From Candidatus Ornithospirochaeta stercoravium (lineage in GTDB: Bacteria; Spirochaetota; Spirochaetia; Sphaerochaetales; Sphaerochaetaceae): a stretch of DNA of 51,888 bases. The notes beneath the pieces were generated by a model. That model searched no databases. It worked only from the letters and a program-made list of their open reading frames with translations, and was not told the origin of the DNA. The position numbers were made by a program, and so were the translations under genes. This document shows, piece by piece, positions 42,595-50,418 of the stretch. Location of the stretch: positions 1 through 51,888 of the forward strand of contig JADIMF010000098.1 of the NCBI GenBank assembly GCA_017694915.1, in the 5' to 3' direction. The stretch's first letter is position 1. Every line of letters begins with the position of its first letter.

Positions 42595-42602
42595 TGTATA
42601 CA
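42595..42602. promoter_or_regulatory. TGTATACA palindrome 3 (operator candidate), 45 nt upstream of the TRAP SBP start
   Basis: catcTGTATACAtttg. Confidence 0.5.
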
Positions 42603-42646
42603 TTTGTTGTAGTCCATTAGATGGTGGATGAAAGGAGGTTTCTCAG

Positions 42647-43690
42647 ATGAAGAAAGCGTTATCGGTTCTGCTCGTACTTCTGCTTGTATCATTCGCAGCA
42701 TTCGCAGGCGGCAGCAAGGAAACCGCTGCAGCAGCAAGTGCTGACGATCCATATGCAGGTCTTGGCAATTACACAATGATGATCGGCCATTCACAGCCTG
42801 CAGATAACCCAAGATCCATTTCCCTCGAGAAGTTTGTTGCTGATGTCGAGGAAAAGACAAATGGACATGTGACTGTTCAGGTATTCGGCAATGGCCAGCT
42901 TGGAACAGAGAAGGAAATGCTTGAGCAGGTTGTTATCGGAACACTGCAGGGTATGAGAGGCGGTCAGTTCGACTTCACTCCGCGTCTTCTTATGTTCACA
43001 CTTCCGTTCCTTGCACAGACAAGAGAGGAAGTAACAGCGCTTCTTCATAGTGATCTTGCTGCAAAGGTATGTGCAGAAGCTGAGGCTGAAACAGGTACTG
43101 TCATCATCAATCTCTGCGATGCAGGTGGTTTCAGACAGTTCTCGAACAGCAGACATCCGATTACAAAGCCTTCTGATCTCCAGGGCCTCAAGATGAGAAC
43201 AGCTGGAATGGAGACAATCGACAGAACATTCCGCGCTCTCGGCGCTACAACAACCCCAGTTCCGTATTCAGATCTTTATATGGCTCTCAGAACAGGTGTT
43301 GCTGATGGTCAAGAGAACCCATGGACCAACGTATCTAGCATGAAGTTCTATGAAGTCCAGAATTACTTCACAGAGGTTAACTACCAGTTCCATCCGGATC
43401 CGTTCTATGTGAATGCTTCGTGGTGGAACAGCCTTCCTGAGGAATTCCAGACAATCATCAGAGAATGCGCAACCGAGATGGGCACATACAACGATCAGCT
43501 CGTTGATGAGCTTCAGTCTTCAGCAAGACAGACTGTTGTTGACGCTGGCGGAGAGATTTACGTTCCGACGGCTGAGGAGCTTCAGGCATTCAAGGATGCT
43601 GTACAGGTTGTTTATCAGCAGTGTATCGATTCTGGTATTCTCACAGCTGAAGAGCTTGCTGAGCTTCAGGAAATCGTAGCAAATAACTGA
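42647..43690 (+). CDS. TRAP transporter substrate-binding protein (DctP family)
   Basis: 347 aa. SD AAAGGAGG. Signal peptide MKKALSVLLVLLLVSFAAFA/GGSKE. DctP-type motifs (GHSQPADNPRS..., GNGQLGTEKEMLEQVVIGTLQG, RTGVADGQENP). Confidence 0.9.
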   Translation: MKKALSVLLVLLLVSFAAFAGGSKETAAAASADDPYAGLGNYTMMIGHSQPADNPRSISLEKFVADVEEKTNGHVTVQVFGNGQLGTEKEMLEQVVIGTLQGMRGGQFDFTPRLLMFTLPFLAQTREEVTALLHSDLAAKVCAEAEAETGTVIINLCDAGGFRQFSNSRHPITKPSDLQGLKMRTAGMETIDRTFRALGATTTPVPYSDLYMALRTGVADGQENPWTNVSSMKFYEVQNYFTEVNYQFHPDPFYVNASWWNSLPEEFQTIIRECATEMGTYNDQLVDELQSSARQTVVDAGGEIYVPTAEELQAFKDAVQVVYQQCIDSGILTAEELAELQEIVANN

Positions 43691-43707
43691 TTGCAGTATC
43701 TGCAGGG

Positions 43708-43737
43708 TACTCCTGGAGGTTCCAGGAGTATTTTTCT
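43708..43737 (+). terminator. Perfect 10-bp hairpin + U-run between the TRAP SBP and small-permease genes (intra-operon attenuator)
   Basis: TACTCCTGGA-ggt-TCCAGGAGTA, followed by TTTTTCT. Confidence 0.75.
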
Positions 43738-43750
43738 CAAGGAGTAATCA

Positions 43751-44290
43751 ATGAATGACACATTGAAGAATGTGGGCAAGAAGCTATATGACATCTATTT
43801 TGCGATTGGTGCGATTGCAATGGGCCTTCTGGCGTTGCTTGTGGCTTTTACCGTCATCGCGAGATACTTCTTTGCTCATAGCTGGAAGGAGCTGGCTGAA
43901 TTCATAACAACGCTGTTTGCGTTTACTACATTCTGGGGAATGGGACTCTGTCTGCTCAGGAATGACCATGTCATAATCGATATTGTATATGACAGGATTA
44001 AGCCATCTATTAAACGTTGGGTAGCCGTACTTGACTACGCTATCGTATTCATCGTCGTTGCAGTATTTACATATTTCGGCTTCAAATATGTTGCAGCAGC
44101 TGGCAAGCAGATCAGCCAGGGTATGGGAATACCTATGAAGTATATGTACGGCATAATGCCGATTTCCGGAGTAATCTGCGGAATCTGTACAATCATAAAG
44201 ATAGTCGGGTTCATAACTGCTGACATCTCTGAATTCGCACCTGTCTATTACGACAAGAATAGAGACGAGAATGGGGGTGAGTCCAAATGA
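43751..44290 (+). CDS. TRAP transporter small permease (DctQ family)
   Basis: 179 aa, 4 TM. SD AAGGAG. ATGA overlap with the large permease gene. Confidence 0.88.
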   Translation: MNDTLKNVGKKLYDIYFAIGAIAMGLLALLVAFTVIARYFFAHSWKELAEFITTLFAFTTFWGMGLCLLRNDHVIIDIVYDRIKPSIKRWVAVLDYAIVFIVVAVFTYFGFKYVAAAGKQISQGMGIPMKYMYGIMPISGVICGICTIIKIVGFITADISEFAPVYYDKNRDENGGESK

Positions 44291-45576
44291 CCACGATGAT
44301 AATTCTCCTGGCTCTGTTGATCTTATTCGTTATCATCGGAGTTCCACTTGCGTTTGCAATCGGTGCAGCTTGTATCACATACCTGCTGTCTAATCCTTTC
44401 CTTCTGCAGATGCTTCCCCAGAGAGTATGGAACGGCTGCTATAGCGATCTCATGATTGCAATGCCTCTTTTCATGCTCGCTGGCGATATCATGAGCAGTG
44501 GTGGTCTTACAAAGCGTATTATCAGCTTCTGTACTCAGATCCTGCGTCCGATACATGGAGGACTGGGTGAGGTCAATATTGTTGACTCCATGATCTTCGG
44601 AGGTATCTCTGGATCTTCCGTTGCTGATACATCTGCACTCGGAAGCATCATCATTCCTGCAATGGAGGCTGATGGTTATCCAAGGAAGGTCGCTGCTGGT
44701 ATCACAGTAGCTTCTTCGACAATGGGAATGATTATTCCTCCATCAACACCTATGATCGTTTATTCGATGATTTCCGGAGCATCCGTCGGAGCTCTCTTCC
44801 TGGCCGGTGCTATTCCAGGAATCCTCGTAGGTGTATGTCAGCTTGCTTTCGTAGTATTCATGAGTGTGAAGAACCACTGGCACCCGGAGAGAAAGAAGTT
44901 CGATGCAAAGGAATTCTGGCACGATATTCTTGGCGGTCTTCCTGCTATTCTCATGCCGCTCTTCATCATCCTTGTTGTATCAACAGGTATATGTACTGCT
45001 TCTGAAAGTGCTGGCGCAGCTGTCGTCTATGCTCTTCTCGTTGGATTCTTCATCTATCGTGAGCTCACATGGAAAGATGTATGGGAATCTGTAAAGAATA
45101 CATTCGTATCCTCAGCTTCCGTCATGATCATCATCGGTTTCACGACGATCTTCACATGGATTCTCACGATGGAAGGTGTTCCAGATCAGGTTGGCGCATT
45201 CTTCATATCGCTTAATATGCCGCGCTGGGCTATTGCAATCGTATTCGACATCATGATCCTTCTTATCGGCTGCTTTATTGATGTAAGCCCTGCAATTCTT
45301 CTTCTGACACCTATCATGCTTCCTGTAATGGAGAGCTACGGTTTCTCATCTCTCCAGTTCGGAGCAATGCTCATCACAGGCCTTGCTATCGGACTCTGCA
45401 CGCCTCCTGTAGGTATGTGTCTCAATGTATGTAACAGGATTATGAAGATGCCTATCATCGAGATTTTCAAAGGTGCAGCTCCGTATCTCTGCTGCAACGT
45501 GGTAGTTCTCCTCGCAATCAGCCTCTGGGAACCTCTTACAGTAGGACTTCCGCTGCTCTTCGGATACAGCGTTTAA
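44287..45576 (+). CDS. TRAP transporter large permease (DctM family)
   Basis: 429 aa, about 12 TM, typical DctM organisation. Confidence 0.9.
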   Translation: MTTMIILLALLILFVIIGVPLAFAIGAACITYLLSNPFLLQMLPQRVWNGCYSDLMIAMPLFMLAGDIMSSGGLTKRIISFCTQILRPIHGGLGEVNIVDSMIFGGISGSSVADTSALGSIIIPAMEADGYPRKVAAGITVASSTMGMIIPPSTPMIVYSMISGASVGALFLAGAIPGILVGVCQLAFVVFMSVKNHWHPERKKFDAKEFWHDILGGLPAILMPLFIILVVSTGICTASESAGAAVVYALLVGFFIYRELTWKDVWESVKNTFVSSASVMIIIGFTTIFTWILTMEGVPDQVGAFFISLNMPRWAIAIVFDIMILLIGCFIDVSPAILLLTPIMLPVMESYGFSSLQFGAMLITGLAIGLCTPPVGMCLNVCNRIMKMPIIEIFKGAAPYLCCNVVVLLAISLWEPLTVGLPLLFGYSV

Positions 45577-45588
45577 AGGAGGAATGGA

Positions 45589-46377
45589 ATGACACTTAAG
45601 GAGAAAATGAAGAAGGGACCTGTTTTCGGAATGGCTTGCTTCACAGGTTCGACATGCGTTATCGAGAATATCGCGATGTCTGGTCTCGATTTCATCTACC
45701 TCGACCTCGAGCATACTGACTGGATGCTCGGCGAGGATTTCGAGAAGCAGATCATGGCTGCAAAGCTTCATGACATCGGAGTTCTTGTAAGAATGGCAGA
45801 TGATGATGAGGTCGCTATCAGAAAGGTGCTCGAGTGGGGTGCTGATGGCGTCGTTATTCCTCATTGTAAGACTGCTGAGATGGCAAGACGTTCTGTAGAA
45901 GGAGCTAAGTTCTATCCTCTCGGAAGAAGAGGCGGTGAGACAAATGTCCGTGCTGCAGGTTTCGGCTATCAGGATTTCGACTGGAACAAGTACATCCAGA
46001 GCCAGAATGAGAATACTCTTGTAATCCCGATGGATGAAGATTTCGAGTTCACCGATAACATCGATGATATTCTCGCTGTTCCTGGTATCGATGCCGTTAA
46101 CTTCGGACCTATAGATTACGCAGTATCGAAAGGCCTCAAGATCGGCTACACGATGGGTACTGAAGTCAAGGAAGCTTTCAAGGTTCTCGTCAAAAAGGCT
46201 AAGGAGAAGGGCATAGGTGTCCTCGGTCCTGTTGTTCCTCCTACAAAAGAGAACATAAAGGAAGCTATTGCTGACGGATATACGATGATCATACTCGGCA
46301 ACGATATGTGGCACTTCCAGAAAGCTCTTAAGGAGCTTGTGAAAGATGAGGTTGATGAGGTCCGCAAGGATTTCTGA
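45589..46377 (+). CDS. HpcH/HpaI-family aldolase (2-keto-3-deoxy-sugar-acid aldolase type)
   Basis: 262 aa. SD AAAGGAGG. FTGSTCVIENIAMSGLDFIYLDLEHTD, VLVRMADDDEVAIRKVLEWGADGVVIPH, GIDAVNFGPIDYA. Confidence 0.8.
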   Translation: MTLKEKMKKGPVFGMACFTGSTCVIENIAMSGLDFIYLDLEHTDWMLGEDFEKQIMAAKLHDIGVLVRMADDDEVAIRKVLEWGADGVVIPHCKTAEMARRSVEGAKFYPLGRRGGETNVRAAGFGYQDFDWNKYIQSQNENTLVIPMDEDFEFTDNIDDILAVPGIDAVNFGPIDYAVSKGLKIGYTMGTEVKEAFKVLVKKAKEKGIGVLGPVVPPTKENIKEAIADGYTMIILGNDMWHFQKALKELVKDEVDEVRKDF

Positions 46378-46389
46378 GCCTTAAGATGT

Positions 46390-46408
46390 CCCTATGCCTA
46401 GCATAGGG
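46390..46408 (+). terminator. Hairpin after the aldolase gene (terminator candidate)
   Basis: CCCTATGC-cta-GCATAGGG, 12 nt after the stop, followed by a moderately T-rich tract. A second, less regular GC structure plus ATTATTTTCTTTC lies at about 46430-46492. Confidence 0.4.
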
Positions 46409-46633
46409 CATTATAATGATTGTTCATTTCAGGCTCTGACTGGTCTTCAACCCTCTCAGGAGACTCGGCGGGGCCTGATTATTTTCTTTCTGATTATCAT
46501 AAGAACAGCAATTCAGATCAGATTTCGTAATGAATTCTGAGGATGAATCATGATTTCATTCAGAGTGAATCTTGCTTTTTCCATCAAATATAGTGGATGT
46601 TTATGAGTTCCCCATCATTTCTGAATCATTTAT

Positions 46634-46662
46634 TTGACGGTTTGCCATATGGCCTTTAGACT
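46634..46662 (+). promoter_or_regulatory. Candidate promoter of hppA (TTGACG-17-TAGACT)
   Basis: TTGACG 46634-46639; spacer gtttgccatatggcctt; TAGACT 46657-46662. It lies about 20 nt upstream of ATG 46682, with GGGAGG as SD. Confidence 0.4.
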
Positions 46663-46681
46663 GAGTTTAACGGGAGGTTAT

Positions 46682-48760
46682 ATGGAGAGCAATCTTTCGC
46701 TTTTCTATGGTTTATCGTTTCTGACAGCTGCAATAGCATTTCTTTTTGCCCTCTATCTTTATCTCTGGGTTAAGAAAGTAAAAGTTCAGAATAAGCGCAT
46801 TGAGGAGGTGTCAAAGCTCATAAAGGAGGGTGCTGATACCTTCATTAGAAGGGAGTACAGGATACTTGCCGCTTTCGGCGGTGTTGTGTCCATCATCATT
46901 CTCCTGTTCCTGCCTTCCCCTATATGGACAGGAAATGTAATGATGAACATAGCAATGGCGCTGAGCTATATCGCAGGTACGGTGCTTTCTGCAATAGCCG
47001 GCAAGATCGGTATCATCGTAGCGACTCTTTCGAACGGACGCACGGCAGAAGCTGCAGAGAAGGGACTTAAGCCTGCGTTCCTCATCGGATTCAGAGGCGG
47101 TGCGGTCATGGGACTTCTTGTTGTCGGCTGCTCGCTTTTAGGTGTAGCTGCAGTTCTGATGATTACTGGTGATACCACGATTCTTCTCGGATTCTCATTC
47201 GGAGCCAGCTCGCTTGCTCTCTTTGCAAAAGCCGGTGGCGGAATCTTCACAAAGACTGCTGACGTCGCTGCAGATCTCACGGGAAAGGTAGAGCTTGGTA
47301 TTCCAGAGGACGATCCACGTAATCCTGCAGTCATTGCTGATAATGTCGGCGATAATGTAGGCGATGTTGCCGGAATGGGAGCAGATCTCTTCGATTCAAA
47401 CGTTGCAGCAGCTTCTTCTGCGCTTGTCATAGCGGCAACTCTCTCCGGTAACGGGCTTGATACGATATCGATGGTATTCTGCTATTCGCTCCTTGGCCTG
47501 ATCGCTTCTGTTATAGGTATAGCGACGGCAAAGGTCGGGAAGAACGGCAATCCTACACATGCACTCAATTCATCGACATATGTTACGACTGCTGTGTTCA
47601 TGGTACTTACAGCAATCGCAACTGCTGTATTCCCAGGCTTCTCGTGGCGCATATGGGGAGCTTCAGCAACAGGCCTTCTTGTAGGAGTCATCATAGGTAT
47701 AACCACAGACTATTTTACCGATGATACGAAACCTATCGTGCAGAAAGTTGCACATGCATCGGCTTCAGGACCTGCATTCACGATTCTTTCTGGCGTATCA
47801 TACGGCTTTGTCTCAGCACTTCCTGCGATGATAGGAATCGCTGTATCCGCGCTGGTTGCATACAATCTCTGTGCGCCGCTTGGTGATGGATTCGCTATCT
47901 TCGGTATTGCGATGGCAGCTGTAGGAATGCTCTCAATCGTCGGAATGATCATCTCCAACGATGCATATGGCCCGATTGTCGATAACGCAAGAGGTCTTGC
48001 TGAGATGGGAGGACTGGGAGAGGAAACGATACGTATCGCAGATGAGCTCGATAGCGCCGGTAATACGGTAAAAGCCGTTACAAAAGGTTTTTCCATCGGT
48101 GCTGCTGGTCTTACTGTTATATCGCTTCTGGGAGCATTCATGTCAGAGGTAAATGCGGCTCTGGCAGAGAGGGGAGAAGCTCTGATCACTGGCTTTGATA
48201 TAATGCAGCCAACGGTCTTCTTCGGTGTTCTTATCGGAGCGGCGGTTCCAGCCGTTTTCTCTGCGATGCTCATTCTCGGTGTCGACAGGAATGCCCAGCG
48301 CATGGTCAGCGAGATACACAGGCAGTTCAATTCTATAAAAGGACTGAGGGAAGGAACTGCTTCTCCTGAGTATGGCAAGTGCATAGATATCGCGACAACG
48401 GGAGCACTGAAGGAACTCATACCTGCAGGTCTCTTCGCAATCCTTATGACACTTGTTGTCGGCTTCGTCGCAGGCGTAGAGGCTATCGGAGGATTCCTCC
48501 TTGGAAATATCGTAAGCGGACTTCTCCTTGCTCTCTTCATGTCGAATGCCGGCGGTCTCTGGGATAACTCCAAGAAATATGTTGAAGCAGGAAATGAAGG
48601 CGGTAAGGGAAGCAATGCCCACAAGGCTGCGGTTATAGGTGATACGGTAGGTGATCCGTTCAAGGATACTGCTGGTCCATCGATCAATACGCAGATAACC
48701 GTCGTCTCGCTTGTATCATCTCTTGCGGCAGCTGCATTCGTGGCATTTTCCATCTTCTGA
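46682..48760 (+). CDS. hppA: Membrane-integral H+-translocating pyrophosphatase (K+-independent type)
   Basis: ORF 46634..48760, with the start moved to ATG 46682. Motifs GGGIFTKTADVAADLTGKVE, DNVGDNVGDVAGMGADLFDS, and GNTVKAVTKG (Lys and Thr at the positions that are Ala and Gly in K+-dependent enzymes), plus DTVGDPFKDTAGPS. Confidence 0.93.
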   Translation: MESNLSLFYGLSFLTAAIAFLFALYLYLWVKKVKVQNKRIEEVSKLIKEGADTFIRREYRILAAFGGVVSIIILLFLPSPIWTGNVMMNIAMALSYIAGTVLSAIAGKIGIIVATLSNGRTAEAAEKGLKPAFLIGFRGGAVMGLLVVGCSLLGVAAVLMITGDTTILLGFSFGASSLALFAKAGGGIFTKTADVAADLTGKVELGIPEDDPRNPAVIADNVGDNVGDVAGMGADLFDSNVAAASSALVIAATLSGNGLDTISMVFCYSLLGLIASVIGIATAKVGKNGNPTHALNSSTYVTTAVFMVLTAIATAVFPGFSWRIWGASATGLLVGVIIGITTDYFTDDTKPIVQKVAHASASGPAFTILSGVSYGFVSALPAMIGIAVSALVAYNLCAPLGDGFAIFGIAMAAVGMLSIVGMIISNDAYGPIVDNARGLAEMGGLGEETIRIADELDSAGNTVKAVTKGFSIGAAGLTVISLLGAFMSEVNAALAERGEALITGFDIMQPTVFFGVLIGAAVPAVFSAMLILGVDRNAQRMVSEIHRQFNSIKGLREGTASPEYGKCIDIATTGALKELIPAGLFAILMTLVVGFVAGVEAIGGFLLGNIVSGLLLALFMSNAGGLWDNSKKYVEAGNEGGKGSNAHKAAVIGDTVGDPFKDTAGPSINTQITVVSLVSSLAAAAFVAFSIF

Positions 48761-48789
48761 TTCTGGTTTATCATCTCTCCGGAGGAAAG

Positions 48790-49512
48790 ATGGAGAGACA
48801 CCTGATAGCAGGAGATATTCACGGACAGTATGAAAGGTTGAGGGAAGCTCTCGATAAAGCTTCCTTCAATCCTGATACGGATATCCTGTACAGTACCGGC
48901 GATATTTCAGACAGGGGACCTGGCATGGTCCTTCTTGTTCGATATCTTATGTCGCTCCCTGATTACCGTCCGGTACTTGGCAATCATGATATATGGCTCA
49001 GGGACTATCTCGTTTCAGATTCCAGACCAGCTGTCTGGGTTGATGGCAATGGTGGACGCGAAACCATCCGTGATTTCGATTCTCATGGAGTTGGAAGGAA
49101 AGAGAAGGAGAGAATGGGGGAATGGCTTGCCTCAGCTCCATATGTACGTATTGAAGATAAGTACATCATAACGCATGGAGGTATTCCTAAAGGATGGGGG
49201 ATGAAGGAGCTTGAGTCCCTGTCAAAGCTCAGGATGAGGCTTATAGGGTATGCCATAGCAGAAGAGCCTTCGTCATCACCATTATGGAACAGATCGTATC
49301 TGCAGAGCGCGATGGCCGCAGAGCATGGAGCTGATCCGAAGGTTCTGGATCCTCCTCTTGATACGGATAAGACGATCTTCATAGGTCATACGCCCCTGGA
49401 TAAGCCATTTCATTCGGGAATCTATCATCTCAGGGCTGTTGATACAGGCGCAGGCCATGGCAGGAGTCTTACTGTCATGGATATGGATACAGGTGAATTC
49501 TGGCAGGCTTAG
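48790..49512 (+). CDS. Metallophosphoesterase, PPP-family (PrpA/PrpB / ApaH-like Ser/Thr or diadenosine-polyphosphate phosphatase)
   Basis: 240 aa. IAGDIHGQYERL, GDISDRGP, GNHD and ITHGG motifs. SD GGAGG. Confidence 0.8.
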   Translation: MERHLIAGDIHGQYERLREALDKASFNPDTDILYSTGDISDRGPGMVLLVRYLMSLPDYRPVLGNHDIWLRDYLVSDSRPAVWVDGNGGRETIRDFDSHGVGRKEKERMGEWLASAPYVRIEDKYIITHGGIPKGWGMKELESLSKLRMRLIGYAIAEEPSSSPLWNRSYLQSAMAAEHGADPKVLDPPLDTDKTIFIGHTPLDKPFHSGIYHLRAVDTGAGHGRSLTVMDMDTGEFWQA

Positions 49513-49562
49513 CTATAATTCGATTGGACAAGAACTGATTTCATGTTTACCTTAGATTTGCA

Positions 49563-50396
49563 ATGGAAATAATTGAACATAAGACATTTGATGAAGAGCG
49601 TGCACTTTACGGCATGCGCGATATAGATGTGAGGTCGTCATCATTCGATGGACCTGCTGATGGAGAGAGTGCATTCAAGGAATGCATCAATGTATCTGTC
49701 TCCGATTGCTACTTTAATCTCCGTTACCCGTTCTGGCATGACCATGTGCTCTCGATAAAGGACAGCGAGATGACAGAAGCCTGCAGGGCAGCCTTGTGGT
49801 ATTCCGATCATATTGAGATCAGGAATACGAAGATGCATGGGATAAAGGCCTTGAGAGAGTGCAGTGATGTGTACATTGCTGATTCTGATATTATCTCACC
49901 GGAATTCGGATGGTCTGTTCACGATATAACGATGGAGAACAGCAGGGCAGAGAGCGAATACTTCATGATGAGAAGTACTGATCTGAGATTCAGGAATGTA
50001 AACTTCACAGGAAAGTATTCATTCCAGTACATCGAGAATGCTCTCTTTGAGAACTGTGAGTTCAATACAAAAGATGCTTTCTGGCATTCGAAGAACGTCA
50101 CGGTGAAGGACAGCATCGTCAATGGTGAGTATCTTGCATGGTATTCCGAAGGCCTTACCCTGATAAACTGCAGGATAAAAGGCACTCAGCCATTCTGCTA
50201 CTGCAGCAATCTCCGTCTTGTGAACTGCAGTATGGAGGATACTGACCTTGCGTTCGAGAAATCTACAGTCGATGCGGAGATTACAACACCTGTCATCAGC
50301 ATAAAGAACCCGAGAGGCGGGGTTATAAGAGTTCCCGCTGTTTCGGAGATCATAATGGATGATAAAGAGGCTGAAGGAAAGATTGAGATAATCTGA
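49563..50396 (+). CDS. DUF3737-family protein (predicted right-handed beta-helix)
   Basis: 277 aa. FDEERALYG, GESAFKEC, RYPFWH, GKYSFQYIENALFENCEFNTKDAFWHSKNVTVKDS..GEYLAWYS and GTQPFCY match my recollection of DUF3737 proteins. Confidence 0.7.
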   Translation: MEIIEHKTFDEERALYGMRDIDVRSSSFDGPADGESAFKECINVSVSDCYFNLRYPFWHDHVLSIKDSEMTEACRAALWYSDHIEIRNTKMHGIKALRECSDVYIADSDIISPEFGWSVHDITMENSRAESEYFMMRSTDLRFRNVNFTGKYSFQYIENALFENCEFNTKDAFWHSKNVTVKDSIVNGEYLAWYSEGLTLINCRIKGTQPFCYCSNLRLVNCSMEDTDLAFEKSTVDAEITTPVISIKNPRGGVIRVPAVSEIIMDDKEAEGKIEII

Positions 50397-50412
50397 AAAC
50401 AGATGCTATTCT
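50383..50412 (+). promoter_or_regulatory. Candidate leaderless-type promoter of the oxidoreductase gene (TTGAGA-18-TATTCT, 6 nt before ATG 50419)
   Basis: TTGAGAtaatctgaaaacagatgcTATTCTatcgttATG. There is no SD. The -35 lies in the end of the DUF3737 gene. Confidence 0.3.
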
Positions 50413-50418
50413 ATCGTT

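Noticed and set aside
45346-46314. 322-aa ORF on the minus strand.
   Set aside because: It lies entirely antisense to the well-supported DctM end and HpcH aldolase genes. It has no SD, a low-complexity composition rich in Ser, Leu, Cys, His and Arg, and no recognisable motif. This is a typical shadow ORF.
48774-48798. Hairpin TCTCTCC-(SD + AT of ATG)-GGAGAGA around the phosphatase start codon, as a translational control element.
   Set aside because: The stem is only 7 bp and leaves the SD in the loop. The right arm is simply the first codons (ATG GAG AGA). It could easily be chance.
47710-48822. 370-aa ORF on the minus strand (plus the 154-, 159- and 74-aa ORFs nearby).
   Set aside because: These are antisense to the unambiguous H+-pyrophosphatase gene. 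Their Ala/Ser/Pro/Arg-rich composition is typical of the reverse frame of a Gly/Ala/Val-rich membrane protein.
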